In this document: positions 1 to 12,609 of the stretch, piece after piece
How positions within the stretch are numbered: position 1 is the stretch's first letter
How the letters are laid out: every line of letters starts with the position of its first letter
Assembly: GCA_038087875.1 (NCBI GenBank)
Contig: JAXLNO010000655.1
Location: 248,001-312,000 of the forward strand
DNA from: Malacoraja senta
Lineage: Eukaryota
Length of the DNA: 64,000 bases
Direction of reading: 5' to 3'
Translations under genes and position numbers: made by a program
The notes under the pieces: generated by a model
Databases searched by the model: none
What the model was told of the DNA's origin: nothing
What the model saw: the letters and a program-made list of their open reading frames with translations, nothing else

Positions 1-229
1 AAATGTTTGTTTAACAACGTGACAGTGCCTGCCTCAGCTACCTCCTCTGGCAACCTGCTCCATATACCTACCACCCTGTTCAAGAACAACTAGTGACTTA
101 TTGACTCTGCTTCGTAACTGATCTGTGATCTGTCTCTCACTTGTATCAGCCCTCAGAAATGATCCAACGAGATGCTCAATTTAAGGGCAGGTGGCGATGG
201 GGTTTGAATGTTAATCAGCAGCACATTAA

Positions 230-656
230 AGGGCCTGTCCCACGAGCATGCGACTGCATGCGGCAAGTGCGACCTAACATGGTCGCTTGAGCCGTATGGC
301 CTCGCGGGGCCGGTCCCACTTCGATCGCCGGAGCCGTATGGAGTTGTGCGGAGCTGGTCCCGACATCGCGCGGGGCTCCGAAAAACTGACACTGTTAAAA
401 AATTCCTCACGGCAACGGCCTGCCGGCCGGCAGCCACCTCAACGCCATTCTCACCACCTCGACGGGCGTGCGCAGCGTCTCGACGCCGTACGCAGCGTCT
501 TGATGCCGTACGCAGCGTCTTGACGCCGTACGTCACGCGCAAACTTCCCGCGGACTTCGCTCGAACTTCACGTCAGTCACTCGACCTCCGCGCGGCCCCC
601 GCTTCCGGTTTGGTCACGCTTGCCGCATGCAGTCGCATGCTCGTGGGACAGGCCCA
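230..656. mobile_element. PIF/Harbinger-like MITE (body type A)
   Basis: 44-bp TIR GGGCCTGTCCCACGAGCATGCGACTGCATGCGGCAAG.. at 231-274 and 612-655 (2 mismatches); TAA TSD at 227-229 and 657-659; internal ~20-bp tandem repeat (GACGCCGTACGCAGCGTCT) near 460-530. Confidence 0.85.
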
Positions 657-659
657 TAA

Positions 660-832
660 AAATGTTTCTCCTTCCATCACAGTGAGGAATATGGAGGAGT
701 CACTGTGGTGGATGTTTATGTTAAAATGTGTTTTGTTGCTTTTTATTTGTATGACTGACTTGGCAAATGAAATTCCTCGTATGTTGCAAAATATACTTGG
801 CAAATAAAGTATTATTGTGATTGTGATTGTCG
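660..832 (+). mobile_element. 3' end of the CpG-rich non-autonomous retroelement family
   Basis: CCTTCCATCACAGTGAGGA motif shared with the 1308, 17422 and 44213 copies; ends in AATAAAG plus a (TTGTGA)n tail. Confidence 0.6.
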
Positions 833-1116
833 TCAATCAATATGGATCCATGTTCTAACAGCAGTGCAAATATCATTTAGCTCCAGTTTAATTTAGCTCA
901 CCATATAATTTATTCCAATAAAGTGTCACAAAACGTCATGTTCATGGTTCCTAAAAATAATAAATTAAGCTGCTTGGTTAATTCTTTTAACTTGGAGGTG
1001 GGATTAAAGTCAGTGGCCTAATTGAGGTGTTCAAGATGATGAATGAGAGGGTAAAGAGAAACTGGAGCATAAATATGACATGGCCATAAAAGTTAAACAA
1101 ACGTTAATATGTCTTT

Positions 1117-1306
1117 GGTAGACAAAAAAGCTGGAGAAACTCAGTGGGTGAGGCAGCATCTATGGAGCGATGGAATAGGCGACTTTTCGGGTCGAGACCC
1201 TTCTTCAGAACTTAGAGAAGAAGGGTCTCGACCCGAAATGTCGCCTATTCCTTCGCACCATAGATGCTGCCTCACTCGCTGAGTTTCTCCAGCATTTTTA
1301 TCTACC
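1117..1306. mobile_element. Penelope-derived fold-back mini-element with two inverted hammerhead-like cores
   Basis: ~90-bp inverted arms (GGTAGACAAAAAAGCTGGAG... / ...CTCCAGCATTTTTATCTACC) around GGGTCGAGACCCTTCTTCAG and GAAGAAGGGTCTCGACCCGAAA. Confidence 0.75.
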
Positions 1307-1307
1307 T

Positions 1308-1770
1308 TTAAAGTAAAGTCAAGTATCCTTTATTGTCATTCGGACTTTTCAGTCCGAACGAAATGTTGTGCCTTGCCATCATAACATAGAATAAAATAAC
1401 AAAACACACAATAAACACAGATTTAACATCCACCACAGGGAGTCTACCTGGCCCTCCTCACTGTGATGGAAGGCAAAACTCTTAAAGTCCTTGTCTCATC
1501 CCTCCTTGTTCTCCCTCTGCGTTGAGGCGAACCAGGCTTCCGATGTTGTAACCCCGCCGGGTGATGGTAAGTAAGTCCCGCGGCCGAATCCGAGCTCCGC
1601 GAACTCCGCGGCCCAGGGCGGACGAAGCTGCCACCCTCCAGTCCAGCGGACGAAGCTGTTGTTGCGGGAGCTCCGGAGAATCGGTCACCAACCTGGGACC
1701 TGCGAGCTCCCGACGTTGTCGTCCACTGGGCCCGCGGCCGAGTCTCCGAGGCTCCGAAGTCGGGTCCTTG
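1308..1770 (-). mobile_element. CpG-rich non-autonomous retroelement, 5'-truncated
   Basis: Short ACTTT-like tail and AATAAAG on the minus strand; shared CCTTCCATCACAGTGAGGAG motif; GC-rich body related to 17422-18293 and 44213-44625. Confidence 0.6.
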
Positions 1771-2597
1771 ATCATTAATGTTCCTCTCCTGTAATTCACT
1801 GACAACAAGGGTACCTATTGTTGGAAACAGCTGTATAGGTCATGCAAAATTACAGTACCTGTTTCAGAGTAGTGACCAATTCATCACAAAATTTCTTCTG
1901 GTGAGATGGGTGGGGGGGTAGTTCCAGTTCCTTCCGATACAGGATACATCTGAGGAAGGGCCCCGTCTGTCCTTCTCGCCTCCACAGATGCTGCCTGACC
2001 CATTGACTTCCCCAGGCACTTTATTTGTTTTGTTAAAAGGACGTAAAATCAAGGAAAGGAATCAGTCTTGCTTACCCGATTGCTCTTTGACATAGCATTG
2101 ATATTTAATCTTTTCTTTTCTGGCATTGCTGTCAAAAATAATCATCTTATTGTGAGTTCTTGTATTTCTCCTGAGATATCCACTTGCTAAAAATAACACA
2201 GGAGTTAGTGCTCCTGCTTCACGATCTAGTGGAGCTACAGGGAATGGAGGGTGGTATTGAAAGAAGAGAGGTTGGGGCAAGTCAGACAGAATGAAAGGTT
2301 GAGACAAATGTCATGCATGCATTATCTGCAGCTTGCAAGCACATTCACTTGATATCCACAAAAGGCCTCTGCATTATTTACAGACAGATGTTTGACTCGT
2401 TCTGCCTTATCAACAACTGCCTGGTTTGTTCGGACATATCAACAATACATTTCATTCCCTGCACATCTTATCATTGCAACCAGTCATCTGCTCCCTGCAA
2501 CTGATTGAAAAAACGTTTCAGATTGCCAATAAAATAGTGTCATGGTTTATGGTGCTGTCAGTGTCTTTCGAAAGCACCGTCTCCGAGCTGGGTCTTA

Positions 2598-2935
2598 GGC
2601 GGCACAGTGGCGCAGAGGTAGGGTTGCTGCCTTATAGCGCTTGCAGCGCCGGAGACCAGGGTTCGATCCTGACTGCGGGTGCTGTCTGTACGGAGTTTGT
2701 ACGTTCTCCTCGTGACCTGCCTGGGTTTTCTCCGAGATCTTCGGATTCCGCCCACACTCCAAAGACGTACAGGTTTGTAGGTTACAAGTCTGGCTTGGTA
2801 CAAGTGTAAGTTGTCCCCGGTGTGTATAGAATAGTGTTGATGTCCAGCTATCGCTGGTCGGTACGGTCCCAGTGGGCTGAAGGACCTGTTTCCGTGCTGT
2901 ATCTCTAAACTAAACTAAACTAAACTCAACTCAAC
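2598..2935 (+). mobile_element. tRNA-derived V-SINE (HE1-like)
   Basis: A box (TGGCGCAG..GGTAG) and B box (GGTTCGATCC), V-domain GGAGTTTGTACGTTCTCC.., CR1-like 3' tail ending in (TAAAC)n. Confidence 0.9.
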
Positions 2936-3300
2936 TTATAGTGTATAAAATCATGAGAGGAATAGATCAGGTAAATGCATAGAATCTCTCGGCCAGTGTA
3001 GGTGAATCGAGGACCATAGAACATAGGTTTAAGTCGAAGGGGAAAAGATTTAATAGGAATCTGAGGGGAAACCTTTTCACACAAAGGGTGGTGGGTGTAT
3101 GGAACGAGCTTCCGGAGGAGGTAGTTGAGGCTGGTACTATCACAATGTTTAAGAAACAGTTAGACAGGTACATGGATAGGACAGGTTTGGAGAGATATGG
3201 GCCAAACGCAGGCAAGTGGGACTAGTGTAGATGAGATGGAAGCTCGGTCTGGGCTAGTTGGGCCGAAGGGCCTGTTTCCAAGCATTATAACTCTCTGACT
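2936..3300 (+). mobile_element. CR1 (HER1-like) LINE 3' fragment
   Basis: Encodes the CR1 ORF2 C-terminus (..YKIMRGID..FTQRVVGVWNELP..), followed by 3' UTR GGGCCGAAGGGCCTGTTTCC. Confidence 0.85.
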
Positions 3301-4472
3301 CTGGAGTTGGATCCCACACAAGGAGCACAAAATGAGCTTCTGTTAAAACTTCAGCTGATTCAGTATGGGTTGAATGGACAAAAAACAAAATGGCGGAGGA
3401 AGTCAGTGGGTCACGCAGCATCCTTGAGGAGAGGAATGGACAGACAAATTGGATTCCTACCCGAAACGTCGCCTGTCCATTCATTCCGCAAATGCCCTTT
3501 GAGTTTCTCCAGCACTTTGTGTTTTGCTCAGGATTCCAGCTTCTGCAGGTCCTTGTATAGAGACATGGAGTCATTGAGTCTTACATCGTGGAAGTAGGCT
3601 CTTTGGCGAAACATGCCCACAATGGCCATCATGACCCAAATACACTCATCCCACCTGCCTGCAATTGGCCCACATCCCTCTCAACTACCTCCTCCGGCAG
3701 CTCGTTCCATTTATCTACCACCGTTAGCATGAAAAAGTTACCCCTCAGATTCCTAGTAAATCTTTCCCCCCTCAATTTAAACCTATGTCCTCTGGTTCAC
3801 GATTCCCCTAATCTGGGCAAGAGACTCTGTGCGTCTACCTGACCTATTCCTCTCATGGTTTTGTATCTCTGGGTTGAATGAATATTTGCAGATTGGATAG
3901 ATTTATGCTGGACCTCAACCATTGCGCATTTTGGACATCTACCTCTGCGAAATACTTCCTGACAAAGTCGGCTTGCGTAGACAAAACATATTCCTGTACC
4001 TATTCAGTGCAACACACTGACTAGGGGATAAGTCTTTGATCCTTCATTGTCACTGTTCCATCATCGTCACTGGTCTAAATCCTGGAACACCCCACCCAAC
4101 AGATCTTGCAGTACACCTTCACTGGTCGAGCCCAAGGACTATTAGGTATGCGCAATAAAGTAAAACACACAGTGTGCTGGAGTTCTCCAGAGGGTCAGGC
4201 AGCATCTGTGAAGGGAAGGGATAGACAGCTGTGCGGGTCAAGACCTTCCTCAGACTGATTGTAAGATGGCGGAGAGTTACTCCAGTACAGTGATTGTTTT
4301 GCTCATTGGTCAATGGACGATGGTCAATGGTTCTTTTATAGTCACGTGTACAAACGCACAATTACACAATTTCCGTGTGATATACAATTTTTGCATATAG
4401 ATCAGTGAGATTAATGCCATAGATAAAGACGATCCCCATGCATGAAACCAGCCCACCGAGTCCATATGCAAT

Positions 4473-4753
4473 AGTTTAGCTTAGTCTAGAGATAGGGCAT
4501 GGAAGCAGGCCCTGCAGCCCACCGAGTCCTCCACGACCAGCGATCCCTGCACATTAACACTATCCATTAGGCAAACCTGTACGTCTTTGGAGTGTGAGAG
4601 GAAACCGAAGATCGCGGAGGAAAGAAAACCCACATGGTCATGGGGGGAACGTACAAACTCCAAACAGACGGCATCCGTAGTCAGGATCGAACCCGGGTCT
4701 CTGGCGCTGTAAATGCTGTAAGGCAGCAACTCTACCGCTGCGCCACCGTGCAC
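4473..4753 (-). mobile_element. V-SINE (HE1-like)
   Basis: Reverse complement of the SINE consensus with tRNA head at about 4690-4750. Confidence 0.85.
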
Positions 4754-5098
4754 CCCATAAAGGTCGCCAGGATTTGGCTCCATTTTACACAGTCCAAGCT
4801 GAAGCTGGCCATAAAGGGCCGTTGCAGCCATCACCTTATTTGGATCTCAAGATTCCAGCATCTGCAGTTCCTTCTTTCCGCAATATGAATAAAGAAAACA
4901 AGTGGAGCACTGCAAACACTTCTGGAATTTGGGGCATGAAACTTTGGGTAGGAGATATTGCCCCTGGAGATAGTCTGGCCTGGATCTATCAGAAAGGGTT
5001 GAGTTATGAAGAGAAATTAAACAAGCTAATGTTGTATTTCTTGGAATACAGAAGGAAGAATGATGATTTAATTCATATTTTTAATAGATGGCAGCATG

Positions 5099-5566
5099 GG
5101 GCGGCACGGTGGCGCAGCAGTGGAGTTGCTGCCTTACAGTGCTCGCAGCGTCGGAGAACCGGGTTCGATCCTGACCACGGGTGCTGTCTGTACGGAGTTT
5201 GTATGTTCTCCCCGTGACCGCTTGGGTTTTCTCTGGGTGCTCCGGTTACCTCCCAAACTCCAAAGACGTGCAGGTATGTAGGTAGACAAAAAAGCTGGAG
5301 AAACTCAGCGGGTGAGGCAGCATCTATGGAACTCCATATTATGCTCCATAGATGCTGCCTCGCCCGCTGTGTTTCTCCAGCCTTTTTGTCTACCTTCGAT
5401 TTTTCCTGCATCTGCAGTTCTTTCTTACACAGGTATGTAGGTAAATTGGCTTAGTAAATGTAAAAATTGGCCCAAGTGTGTGTAGGAAAGCTGGTCGGCG
5501 CGGACCCGGTGGGCCGAAGGGCCAGTTTCCGCGCTGCATCTCTAAACTAAACTAAATTAAACTAAC
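5099..5566 (+). mobile_element. V-SINE interrupted by a Penelope-derived hairpin insertion (5285-5429)
   Basis: SINE head, V-domain and tail all present; insert flanked by direct repeat CAGGTATGTAGGTA (5271-5284 and 5430-5443). Confidence 0.85.
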
Positions 5567-5579
5567 CAACGTCTCCCTT

Positions 5580-8380
5580 GGTCAACAAAACTTACACCCA
5601 ATACAGCAAAGACGCAGGTGATGAGGATCCACTCCAAAACCAGCAACCCTATCCTTATGCACAGCACTGCTCTAGAGGACGAAGAAACATTCACATACCT
5701 AGGCAGTGTTGTGGACATCACCGGAGGGACAGAGGCAGACATACAAAGTAGAATCAATAAGGCTAGAGTGGTGTTTAACATGCTCAGGGAGCTCTGGAGC
5801 TCAAAACACGTCCCAATCAACACCAAAATACGCATCTTTAACTCAAATGTGAAACAGGTGATGCTGTATGGATCAGAGACATGGAAAACAACAAAACACA
5901 CTACAAACAGGCTGCACACATTCATTAACACCTGCCTTAGGAGAATGATTAACATCTGGTGGGGAGACAAAGTAAGCAATAGACAATAGACAATAGGTGC
6001 AGGAGTAGGCCATTCGGCCCTTCGAGCCAGCACCGCCATTCAATGTGATCATGGCTGATCATCCCCAATCAATACCCCGTTCCTGCCTTCTCCCCATATT
6101 CCCTGACTCCGTTATTTTTAAGAGCCCTATCTAGCTCTCTCTTGAAAGCATCCAGAGAACCTGCCTCCACCACCCTCTGAGGCAGAGAATTCCACACTCT
6201 CTGTGAGAAAAAGTGTTTCCTCGTCTCCGTTCTAAATGGCTTACTCCTTATTCTTAAACTGTGGCCCCTGGTTCTGGACTCCCCCAACATCGGGAACATG
6301 TTTCCTGCCTTTAGCGTTTCCAAGCCCTTAACAATCTTATATGTTTCAATGAGATATCCTCTCATCCTTCTAAACTCCAGAGTGCTCCATTCTCTCAGCA
6401 TATGACAGTCCCGCCATCCCGGGAATTAACCTTGTAAACCTACGCTGCACTCCCTCAATAGCAAGAATGTCCTTCCTCAAATTAGGGGTTCAGAACTGCA
6501 CACAATACTCCAGGTGTGGTCTCACTATGGCTCTGTACAAACTGCAGAAGGATCTCTTTGCTCCTATATTTGATTCCTCTTGTTATAAAGGCCAATATGC
6601 CATTCGCTTTCTTCACTGCCTGCTGTACCTGCATGCTTACTTTCATAGACTGATGTACAAGGACCCCCAGATCCCGTTGTACTTCCCCTTTTCCCAACTT
6701 GACGCCATTTAGATAGTAATCTGCCTTCCTGTTTTTGCTACAAAGTGGATAACCTCACATTTATCCGCATTAAACTTCATCTGCCATGCATCTGCCCACT
6801 CCCCCAACCTGTCCAAGTCACCCTGCATTCTCATAGCATCCTCCTCGCAGTTCACACTGCCACCCAGCTTTGTATCATCTGCAAATTTGCTAATGTTACT
6901 TTGAAACCCTTCATCCAAATCATTGATGTATATTGTAAATAGCTGCGGTCCCAGCACCGAGCCTTGCGGTAACCCATTAGTCACTGCCTGCCATTCTGAA
7001 AGGGACCCGTTAATCCCTACTCTTTGTTTTCTGTCTGCCAACCACTTCTCTATCCATGTCAGCACTCTATCCCCATTACCATGTGCCCTAATTTTGCCCA
7101 CTAATCTCCTATGTGGGACCTTATCAAATGCTTTCTGAAAGTCCAGGTACACTACATCCACTGGTTCTCCCTTGTCCATTTTCCCAGTTACATCTTCAAA
7201 AAATCCAGAAGATTAGTCAAGCATGATTTCCCCTTCGTAAATCCATGCTGACTCGGACCGATCCTGTTACTGATATCCAAATGTTCGGCTATCTCATCTT
7301 TTATAATTGACTCCAGCATCTTCCCCACCACCGATGTCAGGCTAACTGGTCTATAATTCCCTATTTTCTCTCTCCCGCCTTTCTTAAAAAGTGGGATAAC
7401 ATTAGCTTCCCTCCAATCCACAGGAACTGATCCTGAGTCAAAAGAACATTGGAAAATTATCACCAATGCATCCACGATTTCTAGAGCCACTTCCTTAAGT
7501 ACCCTGGGATGCAGACCATCAGGCCCTGGGGATTTATCAGCCTTCAGTCCCATCAGTCTATCCAACACAATTTCCTGCCTAATGTGGATTTCCTTCAGTT
7601 CCTCTGTCACCCCAGATCCTCTGGCCACTACTTTATCAGGAAGATTGTTTGTGTCCTCCTTAGTGAAGACAGATCCAAAGTACCTGTTCAACTCATCTGC
7701 CATTTCCTTGTTCCCCATAATAAATTCACCTTTTTCGGTCTTCAAGGGTCCAACTTTGGTCTTAACTAATTTTTTCCTCGTCACATAGCTAAAGAAGCTT
7801 TTACTATCCTGCTTTATATTCTTGGCTAGCTTACCTTCGTACCTCATCTTTTCTCCCCGTATTGTCTTTTTAGTTATTTTCTGTTGTTCTTTAAACATTA
7901 CCCAATCCTCTTGCTTCCCGCTCATCTTTGCTACGTTGTACTTCTTCGCTTTAATTTTTATACTGTCCCTGACGTCCCTTGTCAGCCATGGTCGTCCCTT
8001 TCTCCCCTTGGAATCTTTCTTCCTCCTAGGAATGAACTGATCCTGCACCTTCTGTATTGTGGACCTGTGGAAAAGAACAAGCCAGGAGCCCATTGACTTA
8101 CAAATTCGAAGGAGAAAATGGAGTTGCATTGGACACACCCTCAGGAAACCTGCCACAAACATCACCCGGCAAGCCCTGAAATGGAACCCCCATGGAAAAA
8201 GGAAAAGAGGTTGCCCCAGGAACAGCTGGAGAAGAGGTGTCCAGACAGAAATGTCTGAGAGTGGGCTCAACTGGGGAGATCTCGAATGAACTGCCAACAA
8301 CCTAGTGAGGTGGAAGACATTTGTCAATGGCCTATGCTCCCTAGAGGAGCAAAGGGCTTAAGAAGAAGATGAAGAAGAAG
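5580..8380 (+). mobile_element. RTE-clade LINE 3' fragment, split by a CR1 insertion
   Basis: 5618-5980 gives ..FTYLGSVV..SRINKAR..LYGSETW..WWGDKVSN and 8059-8361 continues VDLW..IGHTLRK..ITRQALKWNPHGKRKRG; (GAA)n tail; TSD AACG(T/C)CTCCCTT at 5568-5579 and 8381-8392; premature TGA at 8287. Confidence 0.9.
5977..8058 (-). mobile_element. CR1 LINE, 5'-truncated, frameshifted ORF2 (reverse transcriptase)
   Basis: KSPGPDG, NYRPVSLTS, QHGF, YLDFQKAFDKV, PQGSVLGP and FADD motifs across ORF pieces 7188-8058, 6709-7179, 6482-6697, 6069-6401; (TCTATTG)n tail. Confidence 0.95.
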
Positions 8381-8479
8381 AACGCCTCCCTTAAACTGAA
8401 AAAAACTAAAAGATGGGGAAAAACAATTTCCACGTTCAGGAAGTCTGAGACAGGGCTTGCTGTCTTTAGAATTTACCTT

Positions 8480-8745
8480 TAGACTTGTGAGATATAGCGT
8501 GGAAAAAAGCTCTTCGGCCCACTGAGTCCGAGTTGGCCAGCGATACACTTCACCCCATACACTAGCACTATGCTACAGGCTAGGAACAATTAAACAATTG
8601 TTTTAACCTACAAACCTGTAGGTCTTAAGAGTGTGGGAGGAAACCGGAGCACCTGGAGAAAACCCACAGGGAGAACTTACAAACTCCGCAGTCAGGATCG
8701 AATCCGGGTGTCTGGTGCTGTAAGGCAGCATCTCTACCATTGCGG
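8480..8745 (-). mobile_element. V-SINE, degenerate
   Basis: Partial reverse-complement SINE consensus (GTGGGAGGAAACCGGAGCACC, CAGGATCGAATCC). Confidence 0.75.
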
Positions 8746-9904
8746 GGCAAGGCGAGTCTTGTGCATCCTGACTCTCAGTTGTCTGCTAGCCGTGACACAT
8801 ATCCTTGCCGACATATCATCTACAATTCCACGTGTTACCTGGTGATTTCATGTTGGCTTCTGACAGCGAATGGAAAATATTTTCCCAAAAATAATGAAAG
8901 TAAAGGTAAAGGATTAAGAAATATGCTAGAATTGACATGCTTCGCATTTGAGAAAAGCAGTGATGAGAAATGCAAGCACATCAATAAATAATGAACGTTT
9001 CATGAATAATACATTGACCATTTGGAGGCATTGAATTAAATATAAAGGTACAGACTATAAGCTTGCTTCCTTGCAAATTCCGTCACCTTTATTGGTCGGA
9101 AACTAGATGAGCCGGGATTATGGGTGTATCCATTGAGTGTTGCTTGACCTGAGATTTGTGAACTTTCGTTTCGTTTTGCAGGCCCATGGTTATTCCTTTT
9201 GATATTTATCGGACCATCAGCCTGTGTTCTTTGCTGCGCTTCAATAGAATGCATTTCACAGACGCTGGCTGAGCAAACCTCTCGCAGCCTTCAAAGTGGC
9301 TTTAGCATTCATTCAGAATCAATGGCTGTCACCTTTCTCCAACAACACGGTGGCGCAGCGGTAGAGTTGCCGCCTTACAGCGCTCACAGCGCCAGAGACA
9401 CGGGTCCCGAAGGGCCAGTTCCTGTGTTGTACTGTTCTATATCTTATGGCATCATCTGATTTGATTGGATAGCATGCAATTCAAAACTTTCCACTGTACC
9501 TCGATGCACCTGTAAATAATAAACCAAAACCATAATCTTTCTGATGTTTTGTCTAAGGACTGACCTTTCATCAAAATAATTTGTGATGACTTGGAGTTCA
9601 CCCTCCCTGTGTGTACCTAATAAGATGACAGGGGAGTGAAGGGCTACAATACTAAAATTAAATCCCTCCACGCAAACCTGACTGCCCCAGGCTGCTGTTC
9701 CAACCGTAAGACGTTCGTCTTGAGCAACTTTCTGAGGCCAGGTCACTTACGGAATTCATGCCGATCCCGACAGTGATTAAATCTTTCCCCCTACCCGGTT
9801 GTTTAAATAAGGAATACGTGGCTCCAGTTTTAAATCAAATCGGGAGATATGCCAAGTCCATCCTAATCAATGAGAGTTTAGACAGGAGGTGATTCAGAAT
9901 GTAT

Positions 9905-10050
9905 GTCAGCCGCTGTCGTGCTCTCCCCAGAGTCAGGAGGTTGTGAGTTCAAGTCCTGTTTCAGCAATTAAGCTGACACTACACTGCCAACCGAGGGGAT
10001 GTGGATGTCTTCTCTGGAGTTGTCAAACCAAAATCCTGTGCGCTATTCTT
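9905..10050 (+). mobile_element. Ancient DeuSINE (SacSINE1-like) relic
   Basis: AGAGTCAGGAGGTTGTGAGTTCAAGTCC..GCTGACACT..GAGGGGA resembles the recalled SacSINE1/Deu consensus; heavily diverged. Confidence 0.5.
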
Positions 10051-10697
10051 TACGTCTGAGCTGTATATTTTTGGACCAGGGCGCAACCAAGGATGAGGGG
10101 GATCAAACAGAAAATGGAGCTGACATCCAAAACCAGACCATGATCGTATGGATTGGCAGACGAGGTTTAGTTTAGTTTCGAGAGGAGGTGGGACCGAGAG
10201 TGGGGTGGAGTGGCCAGAGGGATGGGGGACCTGGCGGGGGGGACCGCCGAGAACACAGGGGAGCCCGGCGGGGAGGGGGTCAGTGTGTGGTGGAGGAGGG
10301 AGAAGGGGGGGGGGGTGGAGGGGACACCGAGAATGAAGGAGGGACCAGTGGGGTGAGGGGGGCTGCTGCCACATGCGGCGGTAGGCAACAGATAGGAATT
10401 GATTAGTACAGATGTCAGAGGTTATGGGGAGAAGGCAGGAGAATGGAGTTAGGAGGCGGAGTAGACTTGATGGGCCGAATGGCCTAATTCTACTCCTATT
10501 CCTTATGACCTTATGTTCGGTACTTTGTAACTTTGTTGGCAACAGGCACACGGTGACACTTGTGTACTCCCTAAGTGATGTCTGCTACATGGTTTTACCG
10601 GGTTGTAAGTAAAGTAAAGCATTTCACTGTACCTAGGACCATGTGACATTAAAGTATCATTCATTCACAAAGTCGTAGAGTCAGAGAGCATAGAAAC

Positions 10698-10731
10698 CAA
10701 AGATACTAGAGGAGCTCCTCTGGTATCTTTG
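10698..10731. mobile_element. 34-bp loopless palindromic insertion with 8-bp TSD (minimal hAT-like element)
   Basis: CAAAGATACTAGAGGAG|CTCCTCTGGTATCTTTG (1 mismatch) flanked by ATAGAAAC at 10690-10697 and 10732-10739. Confidence 0.7.
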
Positions 10732-11374
10732 ATAGAAACAGACCCTGGCATGTTAAGACATAAAACCATACCAACTTCTAAAACATTTTAACTTTCTAGT
10801 GTTATCAGCATAGGCAGTTGGACATTCTTCGGGAGAGGGTTTTAGGAGGCAGTTCCGTGAAAGAGGGGGGCCATGTGTGGAATGAGAAAGCAGAAGACCA
10901 AGCCAAGTCTAGTGCTACAACAGAGGATGATACCATTATTAATTAATGGTAATATAAAAAATTGAGATCGCTGTTCCATTGAAATGAAGCAATTCATTTG
11001 AGAACTCCTCTTAGAGAGCTCCTACCCAATCCACCAGCTCCACCAAGCTGAAGGACAAGGTGGGAAAAGTGCAGGAAGCAACATTATTTGGAAGTTGTCC
11101 GACAAGCTACACGTCGCCCTGACTTGAAAATAAATATATGGCCATTCCTCCACCATTGTTGGGTCAAAATTCTGGGCCTACCCCTCCCCCCCCCCACCCC
11201 CCCTCCCCTAACAGCACAGTGGTGTGAAGACACAAGGCACAATTTTGTGTTGTGATCTCTCGTCAGACCGATGGTGATGTTTTGGATTGGGACCCTTCTT
11301 CAGTCTAAGTTCCTCCAGCACTTTGTGTTTGACTCAGCATAGTGGATGTACCCACACCACACAGACTGCAGCAG

Positions 11375-11673
11375 TTTGGCTTAGTTTTAGTTTAGAGATA
11401 CAGCACGGAAACAGGCCTTTCGGCCCTTCGAGTCCGCGCCATCCAGCGATGCCCGCACACTAACGTTATCCTACACACACACTAGGGACAATTTACAGTT
11501 ATACCACGCCAATCAACCTGCAAACCTGCACTTCTTTGGAGTGTGGGAGGAAACCCACGCAGGTCCACGGGGAGAACGTGCAAATTCCGTCCAGACAGCA
11601 CCCGTAGTCAGGATCGGGGCCAAGTCTCTGGCGCTGTTAGGCAGCAACTCTAACGCCGCGCCACCGTGCCGCC
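11375..11673 (-). mobile_element. V-SINE (HE1-like)
   Basis: Near full-length reverse-complement SINE with (GTTTA)n tail. Confidence 0.9.
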
Positions 11674-12104
11674 CATTCAAGAAGGCAGTTCACCACAACC
11701 TTTTCAAGGGCCATTAGGGATGGGGCAATTAAATTGCCGGTTCAACCTACGACGCCCACCCCCCTTGAATGAATATATAAAGAAAGTCCTAATGGCAAAT
11801 ACTTCTCTCAGCATCTTTTGTTAACAAAGCCGTTACTGCAGACATCTGTGAGAACCAATTTACACAGCAGCCAGAAGAAATGTGGAGAGAGCCTGTTTGA
11901 GTGTCATTAATTGATGTCTATCCTCAACCTGAAAGAGCTGTGAAGTAGATCCCCATGGGTGACCACTTGATGATGCCATACACACGTCCCACTGGAGTAT
12001 GTTACTCATCAAACCCATTATTACGACAGAATGAGATAGCTCAGAAATGAGAAGGATGTTTTTACATTATAGTCATGTCTGTCCCTTCATGCAAAGCGCA
12101 AAAA

Positions 12105-12608
12105 CTTTTCACGCAAAGGGTGGTAGTTTTCACACTAAGGGTAGTGGGTGCATGGCACGAGCTGCCAGTGAGGTGGTTGAGGCAGGTACTATCACAATGT
12201 TTAAGAAACATTTAGACAGGTACATGGATAGGACAGGTTTAGAGGGATATTGGCCAAACGCAGGCAGGTGGGATTAAGGGCCTGTCCGACTTTCACGACC
12301 TAATTCACGACCTCTGCCGAATTTGCCCATAACTCATACTCGCAGCATGGTCGTCACGAGGTCATAGGAGGCAGTAGGAGGTCGTAGATAGGTCGTAGGT
12401 AGGTCGTGATGCTAGTCATAGGTACTTGTGGCATCAAGTAGGTCGGGGCGTTTTTTCAACACGATGAAAAATGTCCACGAGTAAAAAAGGTCGTGAATTA
12501 GGTCGTGAAAGTGGGACAGGCTGTTTAGTGTAGATGGGACATGTTGGCCAGTGTGGGCAAGTTGGGCTGAAGGGCCTTTTTCCACACTGTAGGACTCTAT
12601 GACTCTAT
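12105..12608 (+). mobile_element. CR1 3' end split by a Harbinger-like MITE
   Basis: ..KKHLDRYMDRTGLEGY..GRWD, resuming after the MITE as GTGTAGATGGGACATGTTGG..; (GACTCTAT) tail. Confidence 0.85.
12277..12524. mobile_element. PIF/Harbinger-like MITE (body type B)
   Basis: TIR AGGGCCTGTCC(G/C)ACTTTCACGACCTAATTCACGACC; TTA TSD at 12274-12276 and 12525-12527; internal GGTCGTAG repeats; same family as 63775. Confidence 0.85.
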
Positions 12609-12609
12609 T

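Noticed and set aside
153..807. Overlapping 129-199-aa GC-rich ORFs
   Set aside because: They lie within a GC-rich MITE and repeat tail, with no domain similarity.
2598..2680. tRNA genes
   Set aside because: The A/B boxes are SINE heads continuing into the V-domain; no complete cloverleaf.
7188..8327. 379-aa ORF as a novel gene
   Set aside because: Chimera of antisense RTE sequence and CR1 ORF2 across the 8058 junction.
9165..9340. Possible coding exon after a TTTTGCAG acceptor
   Set aside because: No recognisable protein in any frame and no convincing donor.
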